A stretch of DNA of 64,000 bases. It comes from Paraspadella gotoi. Taxonomy: Eukaryota; Animalia; Chaetognatha. The position numbers were made by a program, and so were the translations under genes. The stretch is from contig CM119267.1 of NCBI GenBank assembly GCA_051294375.1, positions 14,687,694-14,751,693 on the forward strand, given 5' to 3'. Below, piece after piece: positions 51,689 through 64,000 of the stretch (position 1 is the first letter of the stretch; the number at the start of each line of letters is the position of its first letter). The notes below the pieces were generated by a model, which was not told the origin of the DNA, ran no database searches, and saw only the letters and a list, made by a program, of their open reading frames with translations.

Positions 51689-54174
51689 ATGACCGACGTC
51701 AAAGTGATTAACAGCGCCAAGGTCATTTTGGACAACGATGATTCTACCGACGATCCCTTGAGCGACATTCAATCAATGGAGGAAAGAATGAAGAGCGAAT
51801 TGATTGCTTTGAATTCTATCATCATCGAGCGCGAAACCACGTGGGACGAGACGGACAAAGCGTGAGTTTTTTTTTTTTAACTACCGGACTAGGTTTAATG
51901 ATAAGTGGTTAATGGTTTTAAATTTATCAGAAAACGCTATTCTCCTTCTCCTCTGTCTTCTTTGACGTTCGGCACGGATAAATCCCCCGGGGATTCCAAT
52001 GCCGCCCTCGATTTGCTGCTCAAGCCGTTTCCCGGGGGCCAAACCAAAGGAGTTTCGTCGGCATCCCGAAGATCTTGCCGTCGAGGAGACGAATCGGTAT
52101 TTCTTATGCTCGAGCTGACATTCTTCTTACTTTCGGCTCGTGCTGATTACATAAAATTTAACATCATATTCTTCGCAAGAGAGAAAAAAATCTTTGTTAA
52201 TTACCATCTTTCGCTCTTATGTTTTCAATTTCCAATATCGACCGTATTTCTTCATCCTTCATTTTCTGGTTTTTCCGACCTTTACTTTCCCTCAATTCAG
52301 GGCCTTCCCTCAAGCGGTTGCTCGTCCTCCACGAATTCGCCTTTGCTTCTTCTTCGGGGTTCCCTCGGATCTCGTTGCTACAGCCCTTTGGTTGACTCTT
52401 CCCTCTCGGGCAAAAGCCACGGCGGCTCGGCGGAGACCCCCGTGACTTTTCAGCCTTGCAGTTGGCTGGTCGAGTCGCCCAACTTGTCATCTCTTAAGAT
52501 CGATGGCGGGGAGTCACCCGAGCCTGAAGACGGCAAGCCGAGTCGAGATGAAGTCGCGGCACCGACGTCGGTTGATGAACCCGAAGCACCCGCAGCCCCC
52601 GACGAAGACGACGACGACGACGAGGATTTTCTTAAATTTCCTTCCTTTCACGATTCTCGATCGTCGGTCGAGAAGGGATCGACGTCCGACGTTCCACCGA
52701 CGACTCTACCGGACGCTAGCGACCCGCTGCTCACTTACTACGTTACAAACTTTCCCCACATGTTCGCGCCGCTGACTTGCTGTTTGCCATCGACTTACCC
52801 GGCAGGTTCTGTACCTTGCCCGCCGACCCTCTCTCAGCTTCAAGAACCAATCGTTATCAACGTGCCACAAATTTGCGACTCTCAGCTTCCGATGACCAAC
52901 TATTCGATCCCATTTTCGGGAGCCAGCGAATACCAGCCCCTCCCGATCGACGCGGCTCCGTACCACCCGTCGGAGCAGCAGTATCCTTCCTTGTACACGA
53001 CGACGATGCCTCCGCAGGTTATGCCGCCTGTTGCACCAGAGGTTCATCACATGACAAGCCTGGGGCCTGTACAGACTTTGCCCCCGCCGCCGATGGCGAC
53101 CTACTCTAGTGTTGCTGTAACCAGCCTCGCAAACGCGTCCCATCACCAGCCTCTGGAGACGGTGCACGCAGGCATTTTGCCGCCTGGCCCCCATCATCTA
53201 ACGTTGCCGCCGATAAATGCTCCGTTGTTGCCAGCGCCGTTGCCGCGAAAAGAGATGGAACCAGAACAAATTCTACCTCAGGCTGTCCAGATTCAGACTC
53301 ACCATGGTCAGGGAATGCCTCCGCTTCCGCCTGCGGCACCAGCCGCGGTGCCGGCCCCTTTCATCGTTCCCGTAAGCTACCCGCAGCACGTGGCGCATCA
53401 ACCGATAGTAACGCCCGCGCCAATGCAGCCTCATCCGCCGCAGCAGCCAGTCGCGCCTCCGGTGTCGGTCATTCAAACCGGAGCACAAATTATTCTACCT
53501 CAGGTTCTGGCCCCGCAGCCAGTGATGCCTCTTCCTCAGCTGCCGAATTCAACGCCTCTCATCCCTATTTTCAAACCCCTTCCGATGATCGCCGTCGACG
53601 TTGGCGGACTTCAGTGTCCCCAAGTCCCTTTGCCGGTTGAAAATCCCACGATTCCGTCACTTCTCACGGCCCCACCGATGACGGCGCGACCACTCATGGA
53701 AATTAAGGTGAAGTGAAAAATTGAATTTAAGTTTTTTCTGGGGTTTAATATTTACTATAACTTTCGAATTGTTCACGTTGTTCTGCAGGAAGAAGAGAAA
53801 AACAATCCGAAGAAAACGGTTCGAGCCGGCTGCGTTTTTTGTCGCTCTAACGGTGAAAGAGAGCGAGAATACATGGGTCATCGTCTGAAGAATCCAGTGA
53901 CCAATGTCGTGGAATGCCCTCAACTGAGGAAGTTAGTGATAATCTTGATCCGAAATTCTATCGATGAGTTATTTACGAAGTTTTATTCTCTAGGTTCGTT
54001 TGCCCCATTTGTGGTGCTACCGGGGATTCTGCCCACACTGTCAGTTACTGTCCGTCGAACCACAAGCTGACCGGTTCCACCGTCAAGCATCTCAAGGCGA
54101 TGAGAAGCTCAGCCGGGAAGAAGTCGGGGCGCAACGTTGCAAAATGCGCAGAGCTGATCAATTATTTTACATAA
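51689..54174 (+). CDS. nanos: Nanos (two CCHC zinc fingers) with a long Pro/Gln-rich N-terminal region, about 689 aa
   Basis: Exons 51689-51861, 51931-52096, 52301-53707, 53789-53931, 53994-54174. The spliced C-terminus reads CVFCRSNGE...YMGHRLK...[28 protein letters not shown]. Confidence 0.88.
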
Positions 54175-54470
54175 TTACTTCATTATTTAAGTCAGCGTTA
54201 GAATCAATGTAGGTCTAGATTTTCGTATTTAATGGTAGGGCTTGGACTAATCAATTGAACGATACTGAAAACTATTTATTTTACCTTATTTATTTTTTAC
54301 CGACAATTCTTGAAATATTTGAAGCAGTCGAAATGAATTGTAACCAGGATACAGGCGGTTTTGTCCTTTTGGAGAAAATCGTTGTTGAACGAGTTATTTG
54401 ATCTTTTAGCTATTTTTCCCTCTTGCAGTAGTTACTTTTTTAAATAGTTCCCTGCAGTTTTTGTTGAGTG

Positions 54471-59305
<4,835 letters not shown>

Positions 59306-59789
59306 AACGGGAAATGCTCTAACAAAGAAGGCTGTTCACTTTAGAACTCGCAATTTCTAAATCAAATTACGGAATATGGCGTTTAGAAAATTATTACTGA
59401 CGGGCAATTACTTGTTATTTACTAATTATTTTGTACTTATATTTTTTTAGTCTGGCTCTTTGTTCTTTGTTTTTTTGTAGTTGCTGCGGCAGCTTTTATG
59501 CTCAAGGCTGTTTTCATTACTTGTTCTGATCCTTTTAAAATTAAATAACCCAGTAACCAAAATCACATGGTATTATTTTTGCAAAAGATAGCATAAACAT
59601 TACTGAGGTGAAAACCGGCCCCTATTTTGATTGGGGCGAATTGAAACAAAACGCATCGATGGAGATGGAGCATCGATTCTCACTCTTCTCCCATCACTCA
59701 ACCATCATTCCGCGTTATTGACAAAGACGGATATCTCTCCCTCTTGGTTTCTCCGATCCTTGTTTGTCTCCCCTTTCACCCATGACCAG

Positions 59790-62700
59790 ATGCATTCCTT
59801 CCAAAAATGCTGTACTTTCAAACTATCGAAGAAAAGGTGCGTCTCTTTGTGGTATAGCGTTCGTTGTCTAAAAACCTTCACGGCCGAATCGACTTATCGT
59901 CGTCGTCGGTGCTTTATTCTCCCGTCGTCGCCATGGTCGACGTCTTCTCCCCTTCCGCGGATTCTAGATTCGGTCGTTTCCAGACTCTCAGCGCCACAAT
60001 CGTCCTCTTTCCACCTGCTCGCGCGTCACGATGCTGGCGTTCCTCACGGCGGCATCTCAGTCGACGCGTCGTCTTCTCCCGGCGACTTCCCAAAGTCGCG
60101 ACCCAAGAGCGACGACACGTGGCGCCTCCTACGTCTCGTCGAATCGGAAAAGATGACAGTTTGTGGCGCGGTCGGCCTTTTGGTAATTTCTTCCGCCGTC
60201 ACCATGTCTGTTCCTTTTCTCATGGGCAAAGTCATCGACATCATAAATGCTTCCGTCGCGAAAGGATCCGCGCTCGATGCCCTGAACCCCATGGCGGAGG
60301 TAAGAGAGTCTTGTAGTATTTATTTTCACTAAGAAAGAATGGTAGATTTTAAAATAAGGTTGAAGCAAGCTTTGTTATAGACAAATAAATTATTTTTTTC
60401 TTTCGATTTTTCAACATGTTAAAATTGTTTCAATTTGAAAACATGTTGTTCTTCAGATCCTCCTTGCAGTTTTTCTGGCTGGAGCCCTTGCCAATGCTGG
60501 TCGGGTGTATCTCATTCAAACGAGCGGGCATCGAATAGTCGCTAACTTGAGAATATCTGTCATGTCTGCCATCATGAAAAAAGTAAGTTATTTAAAAAAC
60601 CTAAAAAGTAAAGTTTTCCTTTCATACTGGATTTCCTCGTTCACCGCAGGAAATGTCTTTCTTTGATAGAACGAGAACCGGAGAATTGATTAGTCGCCTC
60701 GCATCGGACACCAACATCGTTGGACAGGCTTTGACACAGGTCGGTTGCGAGGGGAACGTTTTTTTTTTCGTTCATGAAAATAAATTTTTTCTTGGTTATT
60801 TGCTTCAGAACCTTTCCGATGGGCTTCGATCTTCTGTCATGTGCCTTGCGAGCGGATCGATGATGCTTTACATTTCACCTCAGTTATCCGGTAGCCTTCA
60901 GGAAATAAAAGCGCTTCCTTGTCGATGAGAAACACGTAAAATCACTTGCAGGAATCTCCTTATTGTCGGTGGCACCCGTGGCCGTTTTCTCCATCATCTA
61001 TGGGCGGCGACTTCGCAATTTATCCAAGCAGCTTCAAGACCGAGTAGCGAATTCCACCTCTGTCGCCGAAGAGAGAATTTCCAACGTTCGAACTGTAAAG
61101 GCTTTCGCTCAGGTGTCTTAACAAACGAATAAATATCACGCACTGATTGATCGAAGTCATAATCAATAATAATTTATTAGGAATTGGAAGAAATAAAAAA
61201 TTACCAAGAAAAAAACAGCTCAGTTCTCGATGTCGCTTACAAGGATTCTGGGGCTCGAGCCGTCTTCTTCGGCGTCAATGCTTTGGTAAAAAATGAAGAG
61301 AATGACAAGTAGACAGATTTGTCATCATCTATTTCCGTGTTTAGGTCGGAAACGTCATCGTTTTGGTTGTTTTCTACTACGGTGGAATGATGATGCAGAA
61401 TTCCGCCATCACTGTTGGCGAAATTAGTTCCTTTCTGGTTTACGCCGCTTACATGGGATTTGGTTTGGGAGGTGCCTTGTAGTTTCTCAACTTTTCTGAA
61501 CGCCACTTGCCACATTAGTTATTTATAAAAATTTGATTATTTTTTTTATCTCGCCAGACGGGCGAATGCCCACTTGGGCGAGATGTTAATTCGTTTCTGC
61601 TTTTGACCGTAGTCGTCGTTGTCGATATCGTCATGCAGTTTTAACATTGAAAATAGTTCAAGTGTGTAACCATAGGAAGCTAAAAATTTAGATATAGCTT
61701 CTAATCAGCAAGATCTTTTAGAAAGATTCACAGGTTTCATATTCCTCCACTCATGTTTTATTTACAAAAAAATTTTGGGTTAATTTTACTTTTGCTAACA
61801 GGTGTTTGAGGGGTTAGTGTTAAGGGTGGTTTAAGGGTGGTTTAGGGTTAAGGGTGGTTAAGAGGGTTTAGGATTAAGGTAATTAAATAATATTTTTTTT
61901 AAATTTTTTTTTTAAATCAATATTTTTAAGTAGTTTTTTAAAAACCGTTAAAACTGCGGTCGGCGAAAGTAAAACTTAGCCAAAATTTTTTTTTTCGTTT
62001 CTGCTTTTTCTGATTCGTTTAAAACGAATTAAGCTCTGCAGCAGCTGTCCAGCTTTTCTCTCTCTTTTTTTTTCTCTCTCTTACTTATACATGCATTTGT
62101 TTGTTTTATTTATGATGAATGGCTTATCGTAGTAATAAATGATTATCATCGTATCAATGAATGATTATTTTTGTATCAATGAATGATTATCAGCACATCA
62201 ATGAATGATTATCATTACATCAGTGAATGACTGTCATCGTATCAATGAATATTTTTAAATCAATTAATGATTATCATTGCATCAGTGAATGACTATCATT
62301 GCATCAGTAAATCATTATCATTGCATCAGTGAATGATTATTATCGCATCAATGAATGATTATCATTGCATCAATAAATGACTATCATTGCATCAATGATT
62401 GGCTATTATTACATTAATGAATTACTATCATCACATTAATGAATAATTATCATTTCATCAATGAATGATTATTGTTGCATCAGTGAATGACTACGTCGCA
62501 TCAGTGAATGACTATCGTCGCATCAGTGAATGACTATCGTCGCATCAGTGAATGACTATCGTCGCATCAGTGAATGACTATCGTCGCATCAGTAAATGAC
62601 TATCGTTGCATCAGTAAATGACTATCATCGCATCAATGAATGACTAATTGACTATTGTTGCATCAATGAATAATTATCGTCGCATCAATGAATGACTATC

Positions 62701-64000
62701 ATCGCATCCATCATTTGGTTATCATCGCATCAATCCTTTGGTTATCATCGCTTCAATCAATCAATATTATATCAATCAATCAATTATTATTACATTAATA
62801 ATTTGTTATCGTATCAATCTTTTTTTTTTTCATTAATTTTCTTTGATAGTAACGTCTGGCGAGATCACTATACTTTAAGATTTTTTTTTTATATATTAGT
62901 TCTATTATTATTTCACAAACTCGACATTTCTTTCCTTAAAGGCATTTCCACCTTCTACTCGGAACTGATGCGCGGAGTCGGGGCTTCGACGAGACTGTGG
63001 AACCTTATCGGTGACGTCAAACAAAATCCGGCGTTGGGGATAACACCGGAAGTCAATGACGCCGGAATCGTCCCTTCCATGGAGATTCTCGAGGGCGACA
63101 TTTTATTTAAGGTAGCGCGACGCCAATAAGAGATTTTCAACCTAATAATTAAATAAGATCCGTCGCGACAGGACGTTTCCTTCTCGTACCCAACTCGTCC
63201 CAAGGACGCCATCTTTACGGATTTAAATATACACTTTCCCGCGGGAAAAGTTACTGCCATCGTGGGAAAAAGCGGTTCTGGTAATAATGTAGGGCAAATT
63301 GTACGTTGGGAGTTCTACCGTGTCAAAAAGAAAAGATTGATTAAAGAACGAATGTTCATTAACTCTATTTTTTAGGAAAGTCAACGTTGACTTCCTTGCT
63401 TTTAAAGATGTACGAACCGACTTCTGGCTCGATTCAAATTCGCGATGTCGATGTAGCTAAAATTAGTCCTTCGTGGTTACGAAGGCAAATAGGGATTGTG
63501 GCACAAGAGCCAATTTTGTTTTCTACTAACATATTAGATAACATCAGGTGATCATTAATTGATTTGAAACTCTTGACTAAAATTTAGAGTAACCTTGTTT
63601 ACAAAAATATTTAGATACGGCACAAACGCTTATAAAGTTGATGTTATTGAGGCTGCGACGCAAGCCAACGCTCACAGTTTTATATCTCAACTTTCCGAGG
63701 GCTACGACACTCTTGTTGGAGAGAGGTATAAAACCTTTTCCTAGCTAGTATTAAGGATTGCTTTTTCTCTGGCGTTTATTGTTAATTATCACGGAGAAAT
63801 GAAACATTAATTTTAACGTTATTCATTGAACGTTATTTACTTTTTGATGATTAACCTTCCCAGTTTTTTTTTTTTTATTCCTTTTTCATTTTTCCGTCCA
63901 AAGAGGCGTCATGCTCTCTGGTGGCCAGAAGCAGCGAGTAGCCATCGCCCGAGCCATCCTTAAGAACCCATCGATCCTCATCCTGGACGAAGCCACGTCG
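59790..64000 (+). CDS. ABCB10: Mitochondrial ABC half-transporter (ABCB10-like), 3'-incomplete
   Basis: Exons 59790-60299, 60457-60582, 60650-60739, 60809-60890, 60952-61112, 61181-61285, 61345-61471, 62942-63111, 63172-63280, 63376-63547, 63615-63725, 63904-end. Motifs [41 protein letters not shown], Walker [24 protein letters not shown]. The start codon is uncertain. Confidence 0.92.
61546..62877 (+). mobile_element. HINE/DINE-1-like element, family A, copy 2, in ABCB10 intron 7
   Basis: ATCTCGCCAGACG near the 5' end and CGTCTGGCGAGAT near the 3' end form a perfect 13-bp subterminal inverted repeat. Same termini as 47270-48330. Confidence 0.82.
62115..62705. repeat. 22-bp minisatellite CATCA(A/G)TGAATGA(C/T)TATC(A/G)T(C/T)G, roughly 25 or more units
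   Basis: Tandem units are visible, most homogeneous at 62480-62630, and are followed by about two 23-bp units. Confidence 0.92.

Noticed and set aside
61805-61880. TTAGGG-like telomeric repeats
   Set aside because: These are a few degenerate TTAAGGGTGGT units inside a transposon, not a telomeric array.

Overview
This is eukaryotic (animal) genomic DNA from a compact, AT-rich genome with short introns, so the ORF track fragments most genes. By joining exons by hand I recover 18 protein-coding genes, all on the + strand: a Ser/Pro-rich possibly Bora-like gene, CRELD, ECHS1, glucose-6-phosphate 1-epimerase, GTF2A2, OARD1, a BRD4/fs(1)h-like BET protein, afadin, CREB, SRD5A, COA1-like, URB1, IVD, GADD45GIP1/CRIF1, a PPC/DUF296 protein, nanos, MTHFD1 and ABCB10. 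Many are only 60-300 nt apart, and many have an apparently unpaired splice acceptor just before the ATG. This suggests polycistronic transcription with trans-splicing (inference). Splice signals are relaxed: many AAG acceptors, pyrimidine at donor +3, and three GC donors. The non-coding DNA holds nested TA-flanked MITEs, two DINE-1/HINE-like families (one carrying independently expanded 22- and 23-bp minisatellites), a TRIM-like element with tRNA-type Pol III boxes, and three fold-back loci carrying minimal type I hammerhead ribozymes. The species cannot be determined from the sequence. All gene names come from recalled motifs, not database searches.
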